Shown here: one piece after another, positions 51,009 through 62,619 of the stretch | How the letters are laid out: the number at the start of each line of letters is the position of its first letter | Position numbering within the stretch: the stretch's first letter is position 1 | NCBI GenBank assembly: GCA_977016875.1 | Contig: CDRNST010000195.1 | Location: 3,224,001-3,288,000 of the forward strand | Source: Pavona decussata | Taxonomy: Eukaryota | Reading direction: 5' to 3' | Length of the DNA: 64,000 nt | Notes under the pieces: model-generated | What the model was told of the DNA's origin: nothing | What the model saw: only the letters and a program-made list of their open reading frames with translations | Databases searched by the model: none | Program-made: the position numbers and the translations under genes

Positions 51009-54000
51009 TTCTTTGACGATTTCCCTACATTTTTCAACGATTTCCCTACATGTCGTTGATTCCCCTACATTTTTCGTTGATTGCCCTACAGTCGTTGATT
51101 TCCCTACAGGAGCCGTAGGAAGTTTCGCTGATCTCCCTACACGGTTTTTTCAACCTCTGTTATTTTTTTTATTTTACGAGGGTAATTGTTCCAATATGTG
51201 TCAGAATGTTTCTTTAGACCGTGGAAGGCTGCTAATGGCACTGAGAATGTCTAAAAAAAATTTTTTCTCATTTTAGAAATTTTTTAAGTTTTGCATTAAA
51301 TTAGACGCCATCTTTGTTTTGGTGGCCATCTTGGATTTTAAGGCTCACTTTAAATGACTGTATCTTTTTTGTATTTTAACGGTTTGCGCTAAATTTTTTT
51401 TCAGGCATGCATTGGTCCATTAGCTTTATGCTAAATGTCCATTCTTTTAGTTTGATGTTAAATTAAGAAGGGTACAATTTTTTATTCACAGCAATGTTTT
51501 CTTGTACCTTAGGCATCAAAACAAGGCATGTGGAGTTTTTTGAAGTGCAATATCTCAGCGACCAAACAACCTCTGAAGTTGAAACTTGGCTGAGTTATTC
51601 ATGGCCTTACGTACTTTACGTTTCTTAATTTACTACTGGCTGAAATCGCTTAGTCAGCATTTTTTATAGGTTGAAGTTTTACGTAGTGTATTTTGATGGA
51701 AATCTAAAAAGTGCTCATGGTCAAATTGCCACCAATCCGAAAGCTTAAAGGCTGAGGATTTGTTACTTGGGAAGATCATTGCCCAGGGAATATCCTGTGG
51801 ATTATAGTTGAAAAAAGCGTGACATTGGCTTTTAACCGGTAAGTATTGTTTCTGCAAGAGAATGACCAGCTTTGGTTTTCTTTTCTGCCTCTGTCACCCA
51901 AAAAGGTAGTACAAATGAAATTATCCAAAACGTGAAAAATGCTTCAGTGTATTGCCTTATAAGTCCAATAGGTATAGTTTGTAAACACATCATTTGAAAT
52001 TTTTAAGGGATTTACTGAATAGACTTCTTTGGCGGCCATCTTGGATTTTTCTTAAAGGGGTTGACCTATGATTTTGGGTCGAGATCTGAAGTTCCTTGAA
52101 ACTTTCCGATTAGTTGAGGGAGGATGAAAAATGATTTTTTGCGATGTACTTAGAGTGTTTGGCAGACAGCTAGACCATTTAAACATGGTTTCCTGGTCCC
52201 CCCCTTGTTGATTAAAAATAACAAGGGTATTATCCTGAGACTGTGATAGTAGGGGCACTTGACTACTCCGTGGGGCAATCCCCAGGGGTTGGTTACCCCA
52301 GCTCGTGTTTGATCCCAGACAAAGTTCGACAAGTGCCCTATCACTGTCTTCCAGGGGGTATCATCGGGTCACCAGCCCGACTCATTGTTGCCAGGATAAG
52401 GAAAATCCCAAGGAGATGTAAGTGAGTATCATCGAGTAACCAACACAACCCATTAACGCAACAACTGAACCTAACCCAACAACTAATGCTAACGCAACAA
52501 CGGTGTTTTTTTTTCTTTTCTTCTTTTTGTTAATAACTCAACAACTCCAACAATGCTTTATCAGTCAGTCACATTTTGATAAGTCAGCAAGATCTTTTCT
52601 TGAATAGATTTTTCACTTTTTCGTAACATCGGTTATACCCATTGCGGTCTGCAATTTCTTTAAGGCTTGGGGTAGTTTTAAAGCAGTCAAGGATAACAGC
52701 CTTTACAGGGCAGGTTTGAAAAGCCCTAAAGTCTTTCATGATCTCCTCCTCATCTTCTTGGGCCCACAGAAACCTTCTCCGTTGTTGTTTAGATGACGTT
52801 TCACTTGACATGTCAAGCCACTCCGATGTCTTTGACCTGCTGTCGACTGCCTCCACACTTTGAAGTCCCTGCTTCATTTGAAGACCTTGAAGGTATTTGA
52901 CTCTTTTATATACCTTTGTCACCATCACCGGATCTTTCACAAAGGGAACCAAATTAACACTTTCGCTCATGAATGCTCGCGTTTGCTCCATGCTCAATGG
53001 CCCATTTGTTTTTATGACATGGGAAAACAACAAGTCGATGTCATCTCGTTCTTGGTCTTGGTAAGTGTCTAAGAACTAAGTATGAAAGAACTACAATAAT
53101 TTAAACTTATGTAATTTGCAAAATATTAAACACACGTACTTGAAATTTTAATACAATATGTATCAATGTATGTTTAACATTTTATTAAAATTTCAAGGTT
53201 GTGCCTTGTATTTTTAGCGAGTTTCAGTGTTTTTAATTTTTCGACGATTTCCCTACATTTTTGACAGTTAAGAGAGAAAAACTCAAAAACAATGCAAGGG
53301 TTAGTAACAACACTTGGTATTTATCCAGGTAATGATGCACTCTGTGGTACCCTGGTCTCTTTATCCGCAGAAAAACATGTTAAAAGTGTTTTTTTTTCAA
53401 ATGTAAAGTTTCGTCGATTTCCCTACATGGGGTTCCTAACAAAACTGACCTGGAGACTCACTGTATGTAAGATGCACGAAAACCTTACCTTGTTTAGAAT
53501 GCTATATCTCGACGAAAAAAGAAGCTGTGAGCGTGATATTTAAAAGTTATGTAGTGTACTTCATGGAAAAGAATATATGTAAAGCTCATGTCAACAACGA
53601 GCGTTGTTGAATAAATATTTTGCTATGAAAACCAAGGTTCAGAAATTTTGACGACAGTAGGCAAGAATCACAGTTCCAAAGTTCAAATGCCAATATCTCC
53701 AAAACAATTGCAGCAAAAAACTTTTTATTTTAGGAAAACACTTTTATAACATTTAAAAATCTTGTGTGTAAATTTCAGATGTTGTACACAAAAAATGACA
53801 AGATGACGACCATTTAAGAACATTTTGCCAGGGTATCGTTGATTTCCCTACACTAATGTCACTTTAGAGAACTTTAAGGAAAAAATATACAAGGGCAAGA
53901 CATGACACTTAAAAGCTTCCTTATTTGGCATAAATGACACATCGTGTTAGAATCCTAGGCTGAGAATGAAAAAATAAAGTAAAAAAAAGATCGAAATTTG

Positions 54001-54607
54001 CTGCGACGATTTCCCTACACGAATCAACAACTTCACTTTTGGACTTAAACAGGCATAAAATCTCACAGAATTCATGAAATTTTACCAAACTTGGCAGGAA
54101 GATGGCCAAATCATTGGTTGATTTTTGAGAATTTTTTTGGCTTCCACCCTTCAAAATTAGAATTTCTATAAATTTTTAAATTGCATAGGTCATAAAAAAA
54201 CAAGTGAATGCTTGATTTTGGTCTTCGTGAACCCTAGTCAACATGCAACTACACATGAAAAATTTGAAATTTGAAAAAAGTGGTGTTTTTTTTGCAAGGG
54301 TAAGCCAAGGGCAGCAGAACAATAAGAGGGTACGATATCCAATCGCTAAAACCCGAAAAAAATTTCAAAAAACGCTTTTCCCTGCCGATTAGAAAACTTT
54401 CGTTGATTTCCCTACATTTTTTTTTCATCGAGAAAAAAATCAAAATTTTGCATAGAAAAAAAAGAAATTGCACATACAGCATGAAAGTCCATTAAATAAT
54501 CTAGCATTCCTCCAAATTATGGCGCAAAATAATGAAATTTGTAATTTTTATTAACAAGTGAAAAATCCCATGCTAACGTGTAGGGAAATCAATGCCGAGG
54601 AACCTAA
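51004..54607 (-). mobile_element. Putative internally deleted YR element E1 bounded by TTAGGG tracts, with 12 copies of motif M1 (CG(T/A)(T/C)GATTTCCCTACA)
   Basis: Left end TTAGGTTCTTTGACGATTTCCCTACA; right end (reverse complement) TTAGGTTCCTCGGCATTGATTTCCCTACA. M1 occurs six times at 51015-51141, dispersed at ~53242, 53412, 53837, 54004 and 54401, and inverted at 54579-54593. Contains a family-A 3' remnant. Confidence 0.65.
52584..53065 (-). pseudogene. Divergent family-A YR C-terminal remnant (copy A5; Myb/SANT-like tail)
   Basis: RRRFLWAQEDEEEI...F..CP.K..I...RCYEKVKNLFK matches the A1 tail RRQNWTDEDTALI...CPSK...RCYEKVKNIFK. Confidence 0.85.
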
Positions 54608-54625
54608 TTAGGGTTAGGGTGAGGG
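54608..54625 (+). repeat. Short (TTAGGG)-like tract
   Basis: TTAGGGTTAGGGTGAGGG directly after GAACCTAA. Confidence 0.85.
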
Positions 54626-54683
54626 TGGAACCTTAATGCTGACCGTAAGGATGTTTCGAGCTAAATTCTTATCCTTTACTCAC

Positions 54684-57600
54684 CAACAGTAAAAAGTTCT
54701 GACTGGATTCAGTCACAAGCAGTGGACGATGTTGGCTTGTGTAGGTTAACAGAAGTCGGTAGAGCTCGTCGTCATGCTAGAAAGAAAGAAAGCGATATGC
54801 ATGGGAAACACGCCAGACACAAAATCACTCAGTTAATATTTTAATAAGACATATGACGCCAAGATCTCACATCCAGTAATAGTAATTGAATTGCTTGGCA
54901 CATCACACGACCATTTTCAACTTTCTTTAAAACAGGCCAAGACAATGGAAACATCTGGTTGGGAAAATATTAGACAGTTGCACAAATAAACTCACCTTCA
55001 AGACCAATTCATCCCTTCCTCTAGAGCGCTTTGTTTTGTAATGGTTAAATTGCAACTTCACATCCCCATCATTGCTTAAAATGACAAAATTCTTATCGCT
55101 GGTCTTCTTTGAAGGGCTGATATCGGAAAAATCTTTTACAATCTCCAGGGTACGCACTTCTAGGCCGCGAGATGGTGGGATGAAAACGTACAGGGATAGT
55201 AAGACAAGATCACAGCATTCCTTGGCCTTAACTTTTGCCGGGCGCGTGGACTCAAATTGTTCCCTTTGTGATTCAACAGCTCCTACAACCTCGTCCCTGA
55301 AAGAGAATAAAATGACTTGTTAAGAATTAATTAGTCTACAGAAATAATTGTAGTATCTAGTAAATAAAATAATGTTAGCAGAACGAGAATACATTATACA
55401 GTTTTAAAAAAAGAACAATTTATATTTTTCTTTCTGTTTTAAAATTTATGTACAGACCAGAATATCATTTATTGTTGGTTGTGCTCAAAAATTATTATAG
55501 TGAGTGACTTGTACACAAGTATGTATCAAAAGGAAATGAATTGTGCATTCCCTGACTAGATAATAGATTGATGACACCCACCAGGAAATCCAACGATTCA
55601 ACGCTTCAAAGTCTTCTCTTGTGGAGGGCCTGTCAAGATCCCCCTCGCATTGCAAAATTGTGGCCTGCGCTCGCAGCTGACGTACGATTTCCACATCGCT
55701 GTAGTCTGGTCGATGCCTGTCTCTGTGCAGATATTTGACCGGGTAAAGCAAGGCTGACAGGTGATTTGCGCAGGTTGCAGCAGAATTCTGACGTTCCTCC
55801 TACAAAATAAATGTGAACCACAACTTTATGCTGGCCTAAAAGCAATGCTACATTTGTCTCGAGGTTAAAAATGCAGTTTGAATGAAAGTTTCCACTGGAC
55901 TGAACGAAAAATGGCAAATCTTTTATGTACCTCTGTACTTGACAGACAGTGAAAAGGTATTCGTGGAAAATTATTTCCACTATTCGAACGACAAATCATT
56001 TCAGTAATTCTGTACATGTATGTACCTTACAACAATAAAATATTTTGAATGTCAAATCATCTCAATCCGGCTTTTTGTGTTAAATATAATCTACGTTTGA
56101 CAAATCAAACAAACAGCAACATGTTAATTATGTCAGCTAAAATTCAATTCGGGTTTTGAATTCCACATTGCAAAAAAAACAATGCTTCAAAGCAGTTGAA
56201 ATGTCAAAAACGTTCAACCATTCCGTCGAATTGAACACAGAAAGCTCGAAGCTTGTGGGTTTTAAATTGTATAATTTAGCGTCTGTTATTATCGATCGGC
56301 TTCCGTACAATATCAAGTTCTTTACGTTAATAAGAGATGAATAGTACCTGAAAGCCTCGCAGCCAACAGAAAGGGTTTTAACATTCGCCAGATTTGAAAT
56401 GACGCACAGTATTACTTGGCGGCCATCTTGTGATGTTACCTCCAAAGGCACACTGGGTAAATTATGTACTTTGCTCTTTGTAGGGCCCAGTTCTCGTAGC
56501 CATGCATAATTTCATTACAGACACACATTAAAGTTTGAAAATTCATGAAAAAAAATTCTCTTGATCCTAGGATAGTGGTGGTAGACATATCAAATACTTC
56601 ATTTATTGCAGTTTTCGATAATTGCGAAGCGATGCAAATTAAAACGTTTCTTTTCCTCGAAAAATGGAAGCGAGTTTTAGCGGTTTTCTGTTATGCTAGT
56701 GCTCTTAACATGTAACCTAAGTTTCGACATACGTATCTCTCAACCCAATTATCATGCAAAAAAAATAAAATCATCTTTATTAAGTTCATTTGTCCCACTA
56801 ATGTAATGTCTATGACTGAAGACTCAGTAGATCGTTTTCTCGTCGCAAATTCGAGTGCGCCTAAGGGACTCACCTGCAAGTATTGGACATAAACTTCTAT
56901 GAGCGGTTTTCTTAAAAAGCAGTCTTCCGTCAACGGGAGGTCAGCTGGTATTGAGCCACGAGCATAACCCAGGAAACCTTTTTGTGTCAAACAAGGATAC
57001 CATAGGATTACAATTAGTCAAACAGATGAGATATCTCTCTCTCTTTTTTTTTTTTTTTTTTTTTCATAAAAGGGGGTTGTGCCGGAAACGTGATGTTTCC
57101 CGCAGCTAGCTGGAGATACTCAGAAATCTTATAGTAATAAAGGTACGTTTAAACTATTGCGACAAAAGCAGAAGTTTTTGGGTTCCAATAGCAGTTGCTA
57201 GCGCTAATTATTACATAGCACAAACATGCTTCAATTTGTATCTTAAGCTTGCGTTTTAAGATGCGTCATGTTTTCTCACCTAATGCACGTGGCGCCCCGA
57301 GCAGTTGACTGAGATTTTCCCCCAAAAAGGTGTAATGGAAAATAATGAAATGATGAATAAGAAATACTTACAAAGAATCCGCTCTTGGACTTTGCTGAAA
57401 GTGCTTGCAGAAACTGCTGAAGATTGATGCTGAAGATTAACCTTGCCGGTGAAGAACGATTTCACCTCGGCCAGAAATCTCTGGAAAGGCATTGGTAGTT
57501 GGTTTAATCCCAGTGCATAAGGATTCTTTCGTTTCGAAGCAGATTTTACAACCGCTGTTGATGTAGAAGGTTCCAGCTCGTTAATAGAATTATCCGCAAG

Positions 57601-57837
57601 ATGACTGTGGCTGGCGCTCGTACCAGTCACGGCTTCGTCAACGAGAAGGCATGGCTCTTCTGCATCAGAAATCTGGTCCGCAAGATCACTGCGGTGGCTC
57701 GCGCTTGTACCAGGCACAGCTTTGTCAACGAGAAGGCATGGCTCTTCTGCATCAGAAATGTGGTCGTTCAAATTCGATTCTTCGTCAGAACTGTCGTAAG
57801 GAAGTAGAAGAGACAGGGTAGGCGATTTGGTGGCCAT
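54684..57837 (-). CDS. Family-B spliced tyrosine recombinase, exons 1-5 (copy B1); 3' catalytic exons absent
   Basis: Exons 57837-57372, 56977-56874, 55799-55582, 55296-54996 and 54776-54684 have GT-AG sites with phases 1,0,2,0 and splice into one stop-free frame: ...RILC/FLGY...YLQ/EERQ...NRWISW/DEVV...IPPSRGLEVR...FNHYKTKRSRG...LK/HDDELYR...FLLL. Confidence 0.8.
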
Positions 57838-58341
57838 AGCTGAAAGGAATTGTAGGCAGATTACGTGTAGTTGGACGACGCTTCACAGGCCGTTAGAGGA
57901 ATACAAGACAAGACAATGAGAGGTGTGAATGCATGCCTTAATAACCGCGCTAGCCGTGAGGATGTGTGGGTAAAAAGTAAAACAAAGGTCCTTTATACAT
58001 ATGAGCGCAAAACCGCGATCAATATTCAGAGGCCAGCGGCCATCAGTCATATAAGTGGACAGGAGTGAGAAAACGTGTGTATATGATTTCTTAGTGAGAA
58101 CATGAACGGCTGCCTGCAGTAAGGCAGTAAGGCAGTGAAACTTTGAAAACAAATTGTGGGTCCTTGCCTGGCTGTTAAGGTCAAGTAAACTGTTGTGAGG
58201 AAAGAGCTGTGTCTAGAGAAGCGTATAACCCGTATTTCAATGGCCTACTTAAGGTGCAATATCGATTAAAATGATTGTGTAGGTCGGTAGGTTTTGCTTT
58301 CAAAACCTCGGCCGATGTAACTCGTGTATCCCGGCATAGTA

Positions 58342-58470
58342 AATCGAACCTAATCGAAATAAATTTCAATCGAACTCAATCCGTGGATTGAGCTCGATTG
58401 AGTTCGGCAATCGAACGAAATCGAACTCACCAAAAAGAAAAAAATCAATCGAACCCAATCGAACGTTTGA
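58342..58470. repeat. AATCGAAC-motif repeat fragment
   Basis: About seven AATCGAA(C) copies plus an inverted CGATTGAGTTCG; typical subterminal repeat of a non-autonomous DNA element. Confidence 0.7.
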
Positions 58471-58599
58471 TTTGCTATCCCGAGGTTAGAAGGTTTTATC
58501 AGGATCCGATGGCTGAAATAATTATGGCAAGGTTTTCGTTTAGATTACTGTGAGGTAAGTTCAATTTACTTTGTGCGCACCTGTAGATTATCTCCGATC

Positions 58600-59070
58600 A
58601 GGAATTTTAAGTTGGACTGAAGCAGAAAGTCCAACCCCTCGTCCACGTCGTGGTAGCTGGGAACAGGTAAGAAGGGGAGTGCTGCGCAGGGTGAAGTATG
58701 GCGGGGGACTAGTTCCTCCGGACCGCTACGGTAGCCATGAAGGCCTGCTCAGAACCCTGAAAAGCCTGGCCAACGGGGCTCTGGTGAAACTTGGTGGGCC
58801 AATCACCCACTAAGTGGATACAGAGCGATTACAGAAACCATAGGAAACGCCCAAAGTCAAATCTGTCTTGGGAGGAGAAGGGGTCTCCTCGGGGACCCGT
58901 ATGATGCATCACAGGGAAAGCCGAAAGGAAGCCGTGATGCCGACCCCCCTACTTACTCCCAAGGCAACCACACTGTTTGGTACATGGAACGTCAGGACTA
59001 TGTACGAAGTAGGCAAGAGTGCACAGATTGCTGCGGAGATGACCGCATACAACCTGTCAATGTTAGGCCT
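58600..59070 (+). mobile_element. RTE-like LINE 5' end (5' UTR plus start of AP endonuclease)
   Basis: FGTWNVRTMYEVGKSAQIAAEMTAYNLSMLGL is the APE domain I motif typical of RTE elements; the left boundary is approximate. Confidence 0.8.
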
Positions 59071-61024
59071 CATTTCTTTTTTTCTGTAGTCCGATTAGCA
59101 CCAGAGGAGAAACCAGAGAGCGCTGTTGGTGAGAATATAACTAGCTTATAACAAAAATGCAGAATAAATAAGTAATTTGGTTAAGAGTAAAATGAAAGTG
59201 ATTTTTGCCAGCGTCAGTGTAGAAGTTGACTGGGCGCAGGGGATTGTGGGATGGCTGTAGAGGGTAGTTTTGTCGGGGCTGTAGCGGTGGAGGATTAAGG
59301 CTTGGGGGTTTGAAAAACTGTGCTTCCCGTAGCATAGAGAGTAAAATTCGCGCTGGGGGGAGTTTTCAAATGTGTGCAAAGCGTAGGTGGTTGGCGAAAA
59401 AAGGATGAAATATTGGGTTAGGGAAGGTGAAAAGTTCGCTTAGGTATCGGAGTGGGACTGGGTCGAGGAGTCCAGGGCGAGAAGTACGTCACGAGTTAAA
59501 TGCACAATGAATTGAATAGACTACAGCGAAGCCGATTTGCAGTGGGTGGGCCGTGAAATAGACGGTTGGATGGCGGTGAGTGAACGATTTGCTGTTTTAT
59601 TTAAGGTGTAGTGAAGCTAAATCCGGCCTGCGTTTGCCTGGTTTGGATTAGAAACGAAACGAAATCTGAACATTCTGTTGAGTTACCGATTTGCACAGTC
59701 GTGTAGTGGACACATGTTGTTGTCATTTGGTCTTTCGGACTGCGGCTTTAAAAGGCATTTTCAGTCTGGTTTCCTTCGTGGCTTTGTCTTTTTTGCCGTG
59801 AAGTTGGTTTGTTTGAATTTGGCCTTGACTTGACTGAGCGAGATTGAGCGTAGGTGGTGTGAAACGGACAAGTGCTGATGTCGGTCTTGTTGAGCCCCAT
59901 TCACACCAACAAAGCAAGTTTAATTAAACCAGGTTTACTGAGGAAATGAAAATTGGTGACAGAAAAGCTGAACCATTAGCTTCGACATAATATTCAAGTA
60001 AGCTTTATCTTATGCTTTTATTTGTGCTAAATCCGTAGTCGAGAAAAATCCGAAGGCAGCTTTTGTGAACTGGAAGCAATCTGAAACTGTGTTTAACTTG
60101 TTGAAGCCTTGGTGTGAATGGGGCAAAGTCTTGGCCTCAAATCCGCTGAGCCCCGCCTAGTGAATGATTTAAGATCAGTTTAATTTAATCTTTAGATACA
60201 GCAGAACAGGGTTGGACTTGAAAACTCGACCAAGGAGCTCCAATGATTAGCTTCAATAAAAAGCAACTTATGCCCTTTTTGTCAAATGACGCTATACAAA
60301 ATTCAGTTATTATGAAAGTTTGGATTCATTCACAATACCTGCCAGCTAGAAAAAAGCACTTGGGAGCCAAAACTTAATGCTTACAACTGTAAAACAAACA
60401 ACCACTCGGTGAGCCTTGCAGGAGGGCGGAATAACAACTTCTTGAGTTGAATGCAAACAAGGAAAAAAGAACTTTTATTTCCCGCATCAAACAATGCGAA
60501 CATGAGTGGAGACTGGAGTTTCTTTGTGCTAGTACCTCTAAGAACGACGGCGATTTCCATTAGGAAATCATGCACCATAAAAGGTTAAAAACAAGGCAAA
60601 AAACCCATCCGATTCCCACATCAAACAAGGACTTAGAAAAAAAAAAGTAAATAAATAAATCAATAAATAAACAACTAGAACACGGAGTATTCATGCTACC
60701 TATAAGAACGACCGATTAAAATTCAGCTGGCCATATAAGACATAAACAAAGTCAGTCTCTGTCCTGTAGACTTTAGTCTGACAATCAATAGGCCCGAAAA
60801 CGGTCATTCGCTGAAACGACTGAAAAAACTCTATGGCTATAAAACTCAACATTCACGTTTCCTCTTTCTTAGTATTCCAAAAATGAATAAAAATCATAGT
60901 TTGTCTTAAAGGAAGCCTCCACTCTCGAAACATATTAACGTTAAATTGTTGAAAATACAATCTACTTTGAAATTTCGTTAAAAAACATGGAAATAATATT
61001 TCAGTGTCGGACAAAACACGATTT

Positions 61025-61212
61025 GATTATCGCATATTGTCGCTTTTAGATTTCCCGGGCGCCGCCATCTTGGATTTAATGACGTGTTACGGTTGCTCAA
61101 TTGTTTCACACAAAAGAACTTCTGCTCAATAACAAAAGCGACAACCGTTACACGTCATAAGATTCAAAATGGCTGCGCCCGGGAAATTTAAAAGCAAAAG
61201 TAGTCGATAATC
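61025..61212. repeat. Palindromic MITE
   Basis: GATTATCG...TTTCCCGGGCGCCGCCATCTTGGAT..ATGACGTGTTACGGTTG paired with CAACCGTTACACGTCAT..ATTCAAAATGGCTGCGCCCGGGAAA...CGATAATC. Confidence 0.85.
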
Positions 61213-61675
61213 ATATCTATTAGACTAAAATTTAACTTAACCGTCAATTTGTTGTCAGAGTGGAGGTTCCCTTTAATGATTTTACTTGTGGATACCTCAA
61301 TGAATTGTTGTTGTTGTTGTTGTTGTTGTTCAGCCACAGGCTGTACGGCCCGGCTCAAACAGCTAAAGAAAATGCTGCTACAAGCCATTTACTGTTTGAA
61401 CAGTAAATATAGAATAGAAAGTCAGTTGATCGTTACTTCAAAAAACAAATAAATAAATAAATAAATAACTAAATACATTCATTCATTCATTGATAAAAAT
61501 AAACTTGTTTGTCTCTCAGAAAAGTGGAGGCTTAACTGGCCTTTCACCTCACGGGGCACAGTCTTCGCATGAGAGCAACAACAACGACAACCACAACAAC
61601 AAATAAACAAAAGCTGTCCTTTTCAACGAGATGTCCACTCCCTGAGAAAACCACACTGAGAAGACTACAATGTCT

Positions 61676-62389
61676 CTAGGGAGTTAGAAAGGGCCTCCAA
61701 CGCGAGTCTTGGGGAATTCTCCCTCGCATGCAATCCAGGGCTGCTCGCTTGGCCTCCCTACTTGCCTGACCGTTGACGGTCTTGGCCACCTTCCTAAGCT
61801 GCTCCCAGAAAAGAGAGTGCCCGCTGGCTATTTGGATGCACAGAAGCTGAGGGATGAGCTTGCCAAGCTCGCCGATCTGTTTGAGGCACTGCAGTTGGTT
61901 TCTCTGGCAGTCCAGGAGCTCGCACAGCAAGCTCTTCACCTGGCGCTTTCTCGGCCCTCTTTCGGCCGGCGGCAATTCGCGTGGAACGGCCATGGCGTAA
62001 ATCTGGTGGATCGCAACAAAAGATGGAAGTCTTTGGCTGAAGAGATCTCCCTTGCTTAGCGAAGCCCTACCAAGCAGCTTAACCAGATCCAGGTCACTGA
62101 CGAAAACGCCGCATAGCCTGCAGTGTTCGCTGTTGGCACAAGGAGGCTGGTCGGGAGGGAATTCTCCCCGCTTCAGGGGACATGCCTCCGGCTGGCAAGT
62201 GCAACGATCCCCGCAGATAGCGAAGAGGGCAGTCAGTTTTTGACGGAGCTCTGTCTCTCGCTGGCCCGTTAGCATGCTCCTCGTAGCCTTCCGCACCGCC
62301 TCTGGGTCGGCTTGCTCTGCGGTGGTAGGCGTGGCGGAGAGTATTTGCTGTTGAGGTAAGTCAAAATTGTGGTTAGCGGTCGGTCTCAA
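61676..62389 (-). CDS. GC-rich, Cys-containing ORF of unknown function (237 codons, no ATG at its start)
   Basis: Stop-free, GC-rich island in AT-rich flanks, with a CGDRCTC..C...C..EHCRLC cluster; no family recognised. Confidence 0.45.
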   Translation of the reverse strand: MRPTANHNFDLPQQQILSATPTTAEQADPEAVRKATRSMLTGQRETELRQKLTALFAICGDRCTCQPEACPLKRGEFPPDQPPCANSEHCRLCGVFVSDLDLVKLLGRASLSKGDLFSQRLPSFVAIHQIYAMAVPRELPPAERGPRKRQVKSLLCELLDCQRNQLQCLKQIGELGKLIPQLLCIQIASGHSLFWEQLRKVAKTVNGQASREAKRAALDCMRGRIPQDSRWRPFLTP

Positions 62390-62619
62390 TCAGCGAGTAA
62401 ATCCAGCTATTCTAGTTGAGAAAAACATTGGCTATACTTTTGCCACGACTCTATACCAAAAAAATTCAAAGCAAAAACCATAAGGACTCGGTAGACTTTT
62501 TCTAAAAAAATTAAATTTTCCGTGCGTGCGTTATCTACGATGACGGACGTTTGTTGTTGTTGTTTCTTTGTTTTGTTTTATGTTTTTTTTTTGTTTTATT
62601 TTTTTTATGGCAGGAGAAG

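Noticed and set aside
51015-51141. CRISPR-like repeat array
   Set aside because: Units are ~16 bp with spacers of only a few to ~17 bp, no cas genes are present and the context is eukaryotic; treated as a binding-site array.
51300-56430. Recurrent GCCATCTTG (YY1-like) motifs
   Set aside because: They also occur in unrelated repeats (for example ~4373 and ~61061), so they are not specific to the YR units.
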